Virus record (IMG/VR): IMGVR_UViG_2802429226_000004
Coordinates: 1-38,116 of that record
Direction: 5' to 3' (one strand)
Origin: a virus
Lineage: Duplodnaviria > Heunggongvirae > Uroviricota > Caudoviricetes
DNA length: 38,116 nt
Shown: piece after piece, positions 8,293 to 15,659 of the stretch
Layout: each line of letters opens with the position of its first letter
How positions within the stretch are numbered: position 1 is the first letter of the stretch
Notes under the pieces: generated by a model
Database searches by the model: none
Told to the model about the DNA's origin: nothing
What the model saw: the letters and a program-made list of their open reading frames with translations, nothing else
Translations under genes and position numbers: made by a program

Positions 8293-8682
8293 TTGATTTC
8301 GTGTCTTATGTGGTTTTTAATTACCTTAGAGGTAAATCATGAGAAAACAGATACAGGCTCTTGGTCGACTCAAAACAGGCCAGATGAACAAAACAGAATC
8401 TGCGTATTGCCAGCACCTTGGCTGCGTAAACGTGCAGGGGAAATCGCCTGGTATCGATTCGAGGGTATCAAGCTGCGGTTAGCTAATAACACGTTCTATA
8501 CGCCAGATTTCGCTGTGATGCTCGCCACCGGCGAGATGGAACTGCACGAAGTGAAAGGTTTCTGGACCGACGACGCCAGGGTGAAAACCAAAGTCGCCGC
8601 AGATCAGTATCCGTTCCGAATCATCGGGGTAACGGTTAAGCCAAAGAAAGCAGGTGGTGGCTGGAACATCGAAGAGTTCTGA
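8293..8682 (+). CDS. DUF1064-like phage protein; probable true start at ATG 8339 in a different frame (apparent frameshift)
   Basis: C-terminal LRKRAGEIAWYRFEGIKLRLANNTFYTPDFAVMLATGEMELHEVKG is DUF1064-like; the GAGG-ATG at 8339 opens MRKQIQALGRLKTGQMNKTESAY in the +1 frame relative to the rest of the gene. Confidence 0.5.
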   Translation: MISCLMWFLITLEVNHEKTDTGSWSTQNRPDEQNRICVLPAPWLRKRAGEIAWYRFEGIKLRLANNTFYTPDFAVMLATGEMELHEVKGFWTDDARVKTKVAADQYPFRIIGVTVKPKKAGGGWNIEEF

Positions 8683-8743
8683 ATCGACGATCTTTTTAGT
8701 TATCAATGTAATCAATAAGTTATGTGGATAAGCGAGGGTAAAG

Positions 8744-9223
8744 ATGGAAAGTAATATCAAAGGGTTAGTTGCCGCCGGGCATGAGATGGCTTCGGAACTG
8801 AAAGCAGAATGTGGTGCCGTTGATATGCGCAGTGTGGCAAAGCTGATCAGCGATTTGGCAACGCAACTGGAAGTGCAACTGGTGCGTGCTAATGCGCTGG
8901 CAGCGGAGAATGCGGGGATGAAGTCTGGCGCAATGGACGAAATCAAGGTTATCAACCGTGGAGGTCAGGCATATTGCGTAAAAGATGGAGTGCAAGTTAA
9001 TCCCATGTATGCAAGAGGGTGGAATGACTATCGCGCAAAGTCTCTGCAATCAGACACCCCAGCCACCGATGCTTTTCTGGCTGAAATTGAACGCAAAGCA
9101 ATCCGAAAGTTCATTAACAGCATTGAACACATCCTGTGTGACAAGCTGTCTCCGTATGACACCGAAGAGATGCTTGAGGCTATGCGTATTTTTCTGGAAG
9201 AACAGGGAGGTGAGCAAAAATGA
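8744..9223 (+). CDS. hypothetical phage protein
   Basis: 159-aa ORF with GAGGG RBS; 4-nt overlap with the next gene. Confidence 0.55.
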   Translation: MESNIKGLVAAGHEMASELKAECGAVDMRSVAKLISDLATQLEVQLVRANALAAENAGMKSGAMDEIKVINRGGQAYCVKDGVQVNPMYARGWNDYRAKSLQSDTPATDAFLAEIERKAIRKFINSIEHILCDKLSPYDTEEMLEAMRIFLEEQGGEQK

Positions 9224-9537
9224 CGATCACAAAACAACGGGTAGAAGAAATCATATTCCGCATTGAAATGTATGGGCATGGTGCAGGGTATACCGCCGAA
9301 GAGGTTTATGACCTGGCTGTACTGGCGCTGAATTTATCAAATATCGCAAACCTGAAGCGATACGAGCTTGATATGGATGGTTGTGACTCGTTCGGTCAGG
9401 ATTGTGGCGCTGACATGACTGAAGATTCTGATGGCGATTATGTCCTGTTTGATGACGTGGTTAAGTTGTTTGAGTTTGATACAACCACTCAGAAGCTAGA
9501 AAGCCCAGCAAAGGAGTCAACCAGTGAGCAAAATTAA
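9220..9537 (+). CDS. hypothetical acidic phage protein
   Basis: 105-aa ORF, ATGA-coupled to the upstream gene, GGGAGGTGA RBS. Confidence 0.5.
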   Translation: MTITKQRVEEIIFRIEMYGHGAGYTAEEVYDLAVLALNLSNIANLKRYELDMDGCDSFGQDCGADMTEDSDGDYVLFDDVVKLFEFDTTTQKLESPAKESTSEQN

Positions 9538-10183
9538 TTACCAGGCACTGCGTGAGGCGGCGGAACGTGCAATTCCAGCAATGGAACGCCTGTTAATGTT
9601 GCCAGCTGATGATGATTTGTTAAGTGAACAGGAACTTAAAGATTATGGTGTGGATATTGATGCGCTCAACGCCTTCAAATTTCTGACCGGACCAGAAACC
9701 GTGCTGACGCTGCTGGATGAACGGGAAAGGAACCAGCAATACATCAAATCCCGCGACCAGGAGAACGAGGATATTGCGCTAACGGTAGGGAAACTGCGTG
9801 TTGAGCTTGAGGAAGCAAAATCAAAACTCAACGAGCAACGCGAGTATTACGAAGGTGTTATCTCGGATGGGAGTAAGCGTATTGCTGAACTGGAAGCACG
9901 GGAAATAAAACCAGCCAAAGGTGAAGTTCTTGTCGTTGTTTCTGGTTTTACTGGTTGCGGAAAAAGCGCCATTGCCGGGGAAATAGAAATCGCGATGAAG
10001 GCTATTGGTGTACCGGTTAAGTGGACTACTGGCGATGCAGAAAAGCGCATGACTGGCGCTGACTGGCTGACAGCAATTGAGATGTACAAACCAACTGTGC
10101 GCATTGTGGAAGTTAATGTGCCGCGCGTCGCTGGCATTCGCATCAAAGGAGACGCAGGAGAACAAAACGATGAAAAACCGTAA
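9524..10183 (+). CDS. Ead/Ea22-like protein
   Basis: 219 aa; coiled-coil middle and C-terminal VVVSGFTGCGKSAIAGEIEIAMKAIGVPVKW resemble Ead/Ea22-like prophage proteins; GTG start with AAGGAG. Confidence 0.6.
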   Translation: MSKINYQALREAAERAIPAMERLLMLPADDDLLSEQELKDYGVDIDALNAFKFLTGPETVLTLLDERERNQQYIKSRDQENEDIALTVGKLRVELEEAKSKLNEQREYYEGVISDGSKRIAELEAREIKPAKGEVLVVVSGFTGCGKSAIAGEIEIAMKAIGVPVKWTTGDAEKRMTGADWLTAIEMYKPTVRIVEVNVPRVAGIRIKGDAGEQNDEKP

Positions 10184-10346
10184 AGCAAAATTACTTCTTT
10201 TATCGCGTTCGACGGGGTACGAGAAGCTACCAATCAGCAATCACAAACGGGCGGTGATCGGCATGTTTGGTAGGGTGGTATTCGCATTTAACTATAAACC
10301 CACCGCGTCGCGGAACAGACGAGAGAAGGGGGACGCAGTGCGATGA
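10169..10346 (+). CDS. small basic protein, first of a tandem pair sharing the N-terminus MKNRKAK
   Basis: 59-aa ORF from ATG 10169 (AGGAG upstream); ATGA-coupled to the next ORF; speculative. Confidence 0.3.
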
Positions 10347-10534
10347 AAAACCGTAAAGCTAAGATGCTTATCTCCCGTGTATACAGACTTTGCTATCCCA
10401 GCCAGTGGTTGAGAGTTAGCAATCGTCGTGTGGTGTTGTTTTCATTTTCTGGAATTGCCAGAGAGGGAGTTCGAGATAAGGGCAGCACGGCGCAAAACCG
10501 CTGGAAAAACCACTTGCGCACTAAAGGAGACTGA
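10343..10534 (+). CDS. small basic protein, second of the tandem pair (MKNRKAKM...)
   Basis: 63-aa ORF; AAGGGGGA upstream; shares a 19-bp identical start region with the preceding ORF. Confidence 0.3.
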   Translation: MKNRKAKMLISRVYRLCYPSQWLRVSNRRVVLFSFSGIAREGVRDKGSTAQNRWKNHLRTKGD

Positions 10535-10535
10535 T

Positions 10536-10745
10536 ATGGCTATTGCCGCAAGTTACACCATGCATCTCTACTGTGATTGTCGCCAGTGTACAAATGGTAA
10601 ATATCAAACGCCAGACTTCGGTGAGTATATCGGTACGTCATGGGCTGGCTGTGCAAAAGAGGCACGTAAGGATGGCTGGCGAATAAGCAAAGACAAAACA
10701 CGTGCTTTTGCGCCAGGGCATAAAGTTTTAAGGATTAACAAATGA
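10536..10745 (+). CDS. small Cys-rich hypothetical protein
   Basis: 69 aa from ATG 10536, preceded by AAGGAG; MAIAASYTMHLYCDCRQCTNGK... Confidence 0.45.
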   Translation: MAIAASYTMHLYCDCRQCTNGKYQTPDFGEYIGTSWAGCAKEARKDGWRISKDKTRAFAPGHKVLRINK

Positions 10746-11482
10746 CCACTATTACCAGAGAAAACGCGGAAATTAAATCATTCATCGCTGGTTTCCTGAG
10801 CGACCCGGCGCACGATAACCAATCTACAGACAGCCTGCTTGCCAATGTGTTTCGTATCGCACAGGCATCGCTGGAAGCAGAACCAGTTGCTTATATTTTC
10901 AAGCATCCGGCCGGGAAATTATTCTGGGCTTTAACGGATGAAAGCAATAAAGAGCAAGCGGACGTTATTCCTGTTTATGCTGCCGCGCCTGCGTCGGTTG
11001 TGCCGGATAATGCATCAGAGCCTCTTGCTTATGCTTACAAAGAGCTTACGCCTGAGATTATGCGCAACCATTTAGCTGTATTCGAGCGATATGGAATAGC
11101 CCCAAACGATAGCTCTACCACAATTCAGGCACTGCGAATCGCGCTGGATGGCAATCATACAGAGCAAAACCTCGATATGGTAGACCATTTCGGTGACGCC
11201 ACCAAAAAGGCCATGCTTCATGGTGCCGAACCTGTAAGCCAAACTTACAAGTTGAACGAGCTATCTGGCAACTCTCCGGTAACTCCGGATGGTTGGATAA
11301 GCTGTAGTGAGCGAATGCCGGATGACGGGCAGTGGTGCGTAGTGAACACAGAATACGGGTATTACGTGCAATGCTGGTCTGAAGGTCAAGGATGGCTTGG
11401 TGATGATATCAGCATCCCTGAATGCGATGTAATCAATTGGATGCCGCTACCAGAACCGCCACAGGAGGTTAACCGTGGCTAA
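10742..11482 (+). CDS. hypothetical protein with C-terminal DUF551-like domain
   Basis: 246 aa; C-terminus WISCSERMPDDGQWCVVNTEYGYYVQCWSEGQGWLGDD...WMPLPEPP resembles DUF551. Confidence 0.6.
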   Translation: MTTITRENAEIKSFIAGFLSDPAHDNQSTDSLLANVFRIAQASLEAEPVAYIFKHPAGKLFWALTDESNKEQADVIPVYAAAPASVVPDNASEPLAYAYKELTPEIMRNHLAVFERYGIAPNDSSTTIQALRIALDGNHTEQNLDMVDHFGDATKKAMLHGAEPVSQTYKLNELSGNSPVTPDGWISCSERMPDDGQWCVVNTEYGYYVQCWSEGQGWLGDDISIPECDVINWMPLPEPPQEVNRG

Positions 11483-11756
11483 CCTGCAACTTGCCGTCAA
11501 AGGTGAATACTTCGATGCCATGATTCGCGGAGAGAAAACGGAAGAGTATCGCTTGTGTAATGACTACTGGAATAAGCGAATTATGTTACGCGAGTATGAC
11601 CGCCTGATTATCACAAAGGGATATCCGAAGCGCGACGACTCCAGTCGCAGAATTGATGTTCCGTATGGAGGATATGAAGTGAAAACAATCACACACCCCC
11701 ACTTCGGTGATAAACCGATAAAGGTTTACGCGATAAAGGTGAATATTGATGGCTAA
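11475..11756 (+). CDS. ASCH/DUF3850-like small protein
   Basis: 93 aa, GTG start after AGGAGG; LAVKGEYFDAMIRGEKTEEYR...RLIITKGYPK pattern resembles the ASCH-like fold. Confidence 0.5.
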   Translation: MANLQLAVKGEYFDAMIRGEKTEEYRLCNDYWNKRIMLREYDRLIITKGYPKRDDSSRRIDVPYGGYEVKTITHPHFGDKPIKVYAIKVNIDG

Positions 11757-12087
11757 ATCAGCAGCAGAGCGCAAAGCCGCTCAGAGAGCCAGACAAGCTG
11801 CATCTGGTGTGCGTAAGCTGGAGATTGTGCTTGATGCTCAGGAAATTGAAATGCTTGAGCGTAACTGTGCCGCGCGTCGCCCCGGGCGTGCGCCTTACGA
11901 ATTTGGTGAGTATATAGCGTTACTTATCCGCCAGGATGATGCACGCGTGCGCGGGCGTATAAAATCGATCAGCAGAAAACGTTGCGGTAAGTGCGGCGAG
12001 AGAGTTCCAGTTAATTCATGCCCGTGTAATGGTGACTCGCAATGCTGGGTGACTAAAGGCTGGCATGAAACGAAATTAATAGTGTGA
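11749..12087 (+). CDS. zinc-finger protein, candidate late-gene regulator
   Basis: 112 aa; C-terminal CGKCGERVPVNSCPCNGDSQC Cys4 cluster; last gene before a strong terminator and the terminase operon. Confidence 0.5.
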   Translation: MAKSAAERKAAQRARQAASGVRKLEIVLDAQEIEMLERNCAARRPGRAPYEFGEYIALLIRQDDARVRGRIKSISRKRCGKCGERVPVNSCPCNGDSQCWVTKGWHETKLIV

Positions 12088-12135
12088 CATGTCACGAGTA
12101 GATTATGCATGATGAATTTGATGTGTTTTGAATAC

Positions 12136-12162
12136 TGCCGCCAACTATGGCGGCTTTATTTT
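12136..12162 (+). terminator. rho-independent terminator between early/accessory genes and the late operon
   Basis: CTGCCGCC-AACTAT-GGCGGC hairpin followed by TTTATTTT. Confidence 0.7.
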
Positions 12163-12172
12163 GCATGGTACT

Positions 12173-12207
12173 ATTACCACAACGGTAACTATTACCACGG
12201 TGGTTAT
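12173..12207. promoter_or_regulatory. two tandem 17-bp inverted repeats abutting the terminase small subunit start
   Basis: ATTACCACAACGGTAAC (12173-12189) and ATTACCACGGTGGTTAT (12191-12207), same family as the OL/OR operators. Confidence 0.45.
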
Positions 12208-12802
12208 GATGCCTGCTGAACCTAAAACCTATAAACGCAAATCAACGCAATTTAAGCCACTAACAGCAATGCAGGAGGCTTATTGCCAGTCATACATCAA
12301 AACGCCTGAAAACCAGACTCAGGCAGCGATTAACGCAGGATTCTCCCCAAATACAGCGGCAGTTAAAGCCAGCGTCATGATGCGCGATGAACGCATTCAA
12401 AAACGGATTGCCGAGTTGATGGAAGAGCGCAACAAACGAATGCGCGTCAGTGCTGATTACGTTCTCATGCGCCTGGTGGAGATCGACCAGATGGACGTGA
12501 TCGATATCCTCAACGACGATGGGAGCCTTAAACCAATCCGTGAGTGGCCGAAAATCTGGCGCACTACGCTTAGTGGCTTTGATCTGTCATCGACCATCAT
12601 GAACATGAACGAGGATTCGATAGAGACAATCCTCAAAAAAATTAAATGGCCTGACAAGGTGAAGAACCTTGAGCTTATTGGTAAGCATGTTGATGTCAAC
12701 GCGTTCAAAGAACGTCTGGATGTTAATGTGAATGTGACAATTGCTGATCGCATAGCAGCAGCTAGGAAGCGACTCAAAGAACGTCAGGATGGTAATCAGT
12801 GA
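12208..12802 (+). CDS. terminase small subunit
   Basis: 198 aa from ATG 12208; directly precedes and overlaps the large subunit gene; the upstream TTG extension was rejected because it runs through the terminator hairpin. Confidence 0.65.
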
Positions 12803-14274
12803 CAGATACAGCGTTATCTCCTGAAGAGCAGTTAATCGAGGATATTGCAGGGTTCACTCACGATCCGCTTGGCTATGCCCTCTATGCGTTCCCTTGGGGG
12901 GAAGAGGGGACTGAACTGGCACATGCCACCGGTCCACGTCAGTGGCAGGCCGATGCGTTCCGAGAGATACGTGATCACCTGCAGAATCCAGAGACGCGCT
13001 ATCAGCCGCTTATGCTGGCACGCGCTTCTGGTCACGGTATTGGTAAATCCGCATTCATCTCAATGCTGATCAACTGGGGCATGTCCACTTGCGAGGATTG
13101 TAAGGTCGTGGTGACCGCCAACACCGACAACCAGCTACGAACGAAGACCTGGCCGGAAATTATCAAGTGGTCGAACCTTGCTATCACGAAAGACTGGTTT
13201 ACCTGTACCGCTACCGCGATGTACAGCAATGATCCTGGGCACGACAAGCGGTGGCGAGCTGACGCAATCCCCTGGTCTGAGCACAACACTGAGGCATTCG
13301 CCGGACTACACAACGAGCGCAAACGCATCATCGTGGTATTCGATGAAGCGTCGAACATTGCGGATCTGGTGTGGGAAGTTGCTGAGGGTGCGCTTACGGA
13401 CGAAGACACTGAGATTATCTGGGTGGCGTTCGGAAACCCTACACGTAATACCGGGCGTTTTCGCGAATGTTTCCGCAAATACAAACACCGCTGGAAAACT
13501 GCGCAGATTGACAGCCGGACGGTGGAAGGTACTAACAAACAGCAGTTGCAGAAATGGGTTGATGACTACGGGGAAGACAGCGACTTCGTTAAAATCCGTG
13601 TGCGCGGCATATTCCCTGATGCATCTGAATTGCAGTTTATCCCTACCGGTCTTACTGATGAGGCAATGAAACGGGTGGTAACCGCTGCGCAGGTGGCACA
13701 TGCTCCGGTGATAATCGGTGTTGACCCGGCATATTCAGGCGTTGATGACGCGGTGATATACCTGCGGCAGGGGCTGCATAGTAAGGTGCTATGGACTGGC
13801 AACAAGACCACCGACGATCTGATTATGGCGAAGCGCATCGCTGACTTTGAAGACCAGTATCAGGCTGACGCGGTATTCATCGACTTCGGTTACGGAACCG
13901 GTTTGAAGTCAATCGGTGATGGCTGGGGACGTACATGGCAACTTGTTCCGTTCGGTGGTGCGTCAACTGACCCTCAGATGCTCAACAAGCGCGGGGAGAT
14001 GTTCAACTCATGCAAGACATGGCTGAGGTTGGGCGGGATGCTGGATGACCAGGAAACAGCGGACGATCTGTCTGCGGCAGAGTACAAAGTTCGCGTGGAC
14101 GGTAAAATCGTTATCGAACCGAAGGAAGATATCAAAGAACGACTTGGGCGTTCACCTGGTAAAGGCGATGCGCTACTGCTGACGTTTGCGTTCCCTGTGT
14201 CAAAGCGTCTGCTAATTCCCGGGCAGCAGAACCAGCAAGGCAAGGCCATTACAGATTACGATCCCTATGCTTAA
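12799..14274 (+). CDS. terminase large subunit
   Basis: 491 aa; Walker-A-like GHGIGKS near the N-terminus, ...IVVFDEASNI... and C-terminal nuclease-like region typical of terminase large subunits; GTG start overlapping the small subunit stop. Confidence 0.9.
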   Translation: MTDTALSPEEQLIEDIAGFTHDPLGYALYAFPWGEEGTELAHATGPRQWQADAFREIRDHLQNPETRYQPLMLARASGHGIGKSAFISMLINWGMSTCEDCKVVVTANTDNQLRTKTWPEIIKWSNLAITKDWFTCTATAMYSNDPGHDKRWRADAIPWSEHNTEAFAGLHNERKRIIVVFDEASNIADLVWEVAEGALTDEDTEIIWVAFGNPTRNTGRFRECFRKYKHRWKTAQIDSRTVEGTNKQQLQKWVDDYGEDSDFVKIRVRGIFPDASELQFIPTGLTDEAMKRVVTAAQVAHAPVIIGVDPAYSGVDDAVIYLRQGLHSKVLWTGNKTTDDLIMAKRIADFEDQYQADAVFIDFGYGTGLKSIGDGWGRTWQLVPFGGASTDPQMLNKRGEMFNSCKTWLRLGGMLDDQETADDLSAAEYKVRVDGKIVIEPKEDIKERLGRSPGKGDALLLTFAFPVSKRLLIPGQQNQQGKAITDYDPYA

Positions 14275-14316
14275 TCCGCTGGTGGGGATAATGTCGTTGA
14301 TATCCTCTGGTGAGGA

Positions 14317-14350
14317 TAAAACAAAGCCAGCTCGTAGGCTGGCTGTTTGT
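14317..14350. terminator. bidirectional rho-independent terminator between the terminase gene and the reverse-strand moron
   Basis: AGCCAGC-TCGTAG-GCTGGCT hairpin with T-rich tracts on both strands. Confidence 0.6.
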
Positions 14351-14364
14351 GACATGTCACGGTG

Positions 14365-14736
14365 TTATTGCTCGCTTAACTTCTGCTTCAGCAAGTAACC
14401 TTCAAGCATCCAGATTTTGTTTACAGCATTCTGCCGGGCAATCTTCCGACCAATTTCTGCATCAAAGTTTTCCGGGCTTGCACAGGCGCTCTCTCCGGTG
14501 ACGGTGAAGCCGTTGCGCAGCACCAGGACGCAGAACGTCAGCAGAGAAAGTGATTCGTGCGGCTGGTAGTTTACCTCTCCGCCAGTATGTTTCGCTTTTA
14601 TGGCTTTGCCAAAGGCACCATCCTCTGCTGTGAAATATGCCTCCTGAGCAATAATGCTTTCGATATGGTCTGGCGTAACGCGCGGAGCAGTTTTGCCTTT
14701 CTCAACGATTTCTTTTTCGATTTGCTGGTCGTTCAT
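14365..14736 (-). CDS. Gp49-like (N4 gp49 / Sf6 gp66 family) protein; moron
   Basis: 123-aa minus-strand ORF embedded in a plus-strand late operon; family assignment is tentative, from memory. Confidence 0.5.
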   Translation of the reverse strand: MNDQQIEKEIVEKGKTAPRVTPDHIESIIAQEAYFTAEDGAFGKAIKAKHTGGEVNYQPHESLSLLTFCVLVLRNGFTVTGESACASPENFDAEIGRKIARQNAVNKIWMLEGYLLKQKLSEQ

Positions 14737-14934
14737 AATCTCACCTTAAAAAAATGCCCGGCGAACCGGGCGAACTGGAAGCAATGAGTTATGCCTTCCG
14801 TGGCTGTACTGGTTTACAGCATGAAGTCATCGCAATGGCGTCCTGCTGTAAAAAGGGCGGTGATAGTCCTTCAAGGGAAACCATCACCGCCAAGCCCCTG
14901 GAACTTCTGGCATCACGGTCCTTAGGCGTGATTC

Positions 14935-15011
14935 TGGCGTGGCATGCAGGATTCGAACCTGCGACCAACCGCTTAGAAGGCGGTTGCTCTGTCCAGCTGA
15001 GCTAATGCCAC
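14935..15011 (-). tRNA. tRNA-Arg (anticodon UCU)
   Basis: Hand-folded 77-nt cloverleaf on the minus strand: acceptor GUGGCAU/AUGCCAC, D-arm GCUC/GAGC, anticodon stem ACCGC/GCGGU with loop CUUCUAA, T-arm GCAGG-UUCGAAU-CCUGC, discriminator G and encoded CCA. Confidence 0.85.
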
Positions 15012-15332
15012 AACGCTGAGAGCACTTAGCCTGTTAAGGCGCCACACTTTGTCGCGGCTCCATAAATGCTCTCATCGTTGTACCCTCGTCTCTTCCGAGG
15101 CGTTACACCGAATCGCCGGGATGGTGAATCCCCGTGCGCGGAATAAAACCGCTCGACTTGCACATTCCGGCTACCTGGTTCGTTTGCCCGAGCAAGGGAG
15201 GGTGCCCCTTAAACGTATCCAGACCGCTATCGGCGCATGTGCCATACGCCGTACTGCTCAAAATAAAAGCTCACTCCACCTGTTCAATTTAACGACAAGC
15301 CAGTCAGGTTAATAACCGGAATGAACTCTTTG

Positions 15333-15411
15333 CTTACCTGAAAGGTAATAATTAGTGCGTTAAATGTCAAGTATCTACGATAAATAAATCACATGTGGTT
15401 AAATTGGTAAT
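15333..15411 (+). promoter_or_regulatory. late-operon control region: operator-like 17-mer plus ACATGTGGTT-N5-GGTAAT element upstream of the portal operon
   Basis: CTTACCTGAAAGGTAAT at 15333-15349; ACATGTGGTT at 15391-15400; GGTAATAAT at 15406-15414. Confidence 0.4.
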
Positions 15412-15438
15412 AATTTAATTGCGTACGGAGTCATTGAT

Positions 15439-15645
15439 ATGTGCATGGGTAGCTCACCATCAGTGCCTGCAACACCAGAAGTTCAGGCAGCACCACAGGA
15501 GCAGGATGCCGCCGTTGTTGATGCCCGCGACGAAGAAACACGTCGCCGTCGCGCTGCTGCTGGTCGTAGTTCTACGCTGCTTACCGGTTCTCAGGGCGAC
15601 ACATCAACCGCTAATACCAGCGGTAAAACGCTGCTTGGTCAGTAA
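15439..15645 (+). CDS. small hypothetical protein (68 aa)
   Basis: GGAG RBS; Ala/Arg-rich low-complexity sequence; shares an identical 11-nt translation-initiation context with the portal gene. Confidence 0.4.
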   Translation: MCMGSSPSVPATPEVQAAPQEQDAAVVDARDEETRRRRAAAGRSSTLLTGSQGDTSTANTSGKTLLGQ

Positions 15646-15659
15646 CCGGAGTCATTGAA

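Noticed and set aside
12084-12095. GTGACATGTCAC as a CRP binding site
   Set aside because: CRP needs TGTGA-N6-TCACA; here the half-sites are separated by only 2 bp, so it is not a canonical CRP site. Kept as an unexplained palindrome in the findings.
12128-12207. TTG-start N-terminal extension of the terminase small subunit given in the ORF track
   Set aside because: The extension reads through the terminator hairpin and the two operator-like repeats and encodes a Thr/Val repeat artefact; ATG 12208 preceded by GGTGG is a more plausible start.
15040-15320. Possible second tRNA or tmRNA-like gene next to tRNA-Arg
   Set aside because: No acceptor or T-arm pairing could be folded by hand; the only GGTTCGAATCC-type T-loop in the region belongs to the tRNA-Arg itself.
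15333-15420. T7-type phage RNA polymerase promoters for the conserved upstream motifs
   Set aside because: No phage RNA polymerase gene (about 880 aa) is present in the window, and the motifs do not resemble the 23-bp T7-class consensus; host RNA polymerase with a phage regulator is more likely.
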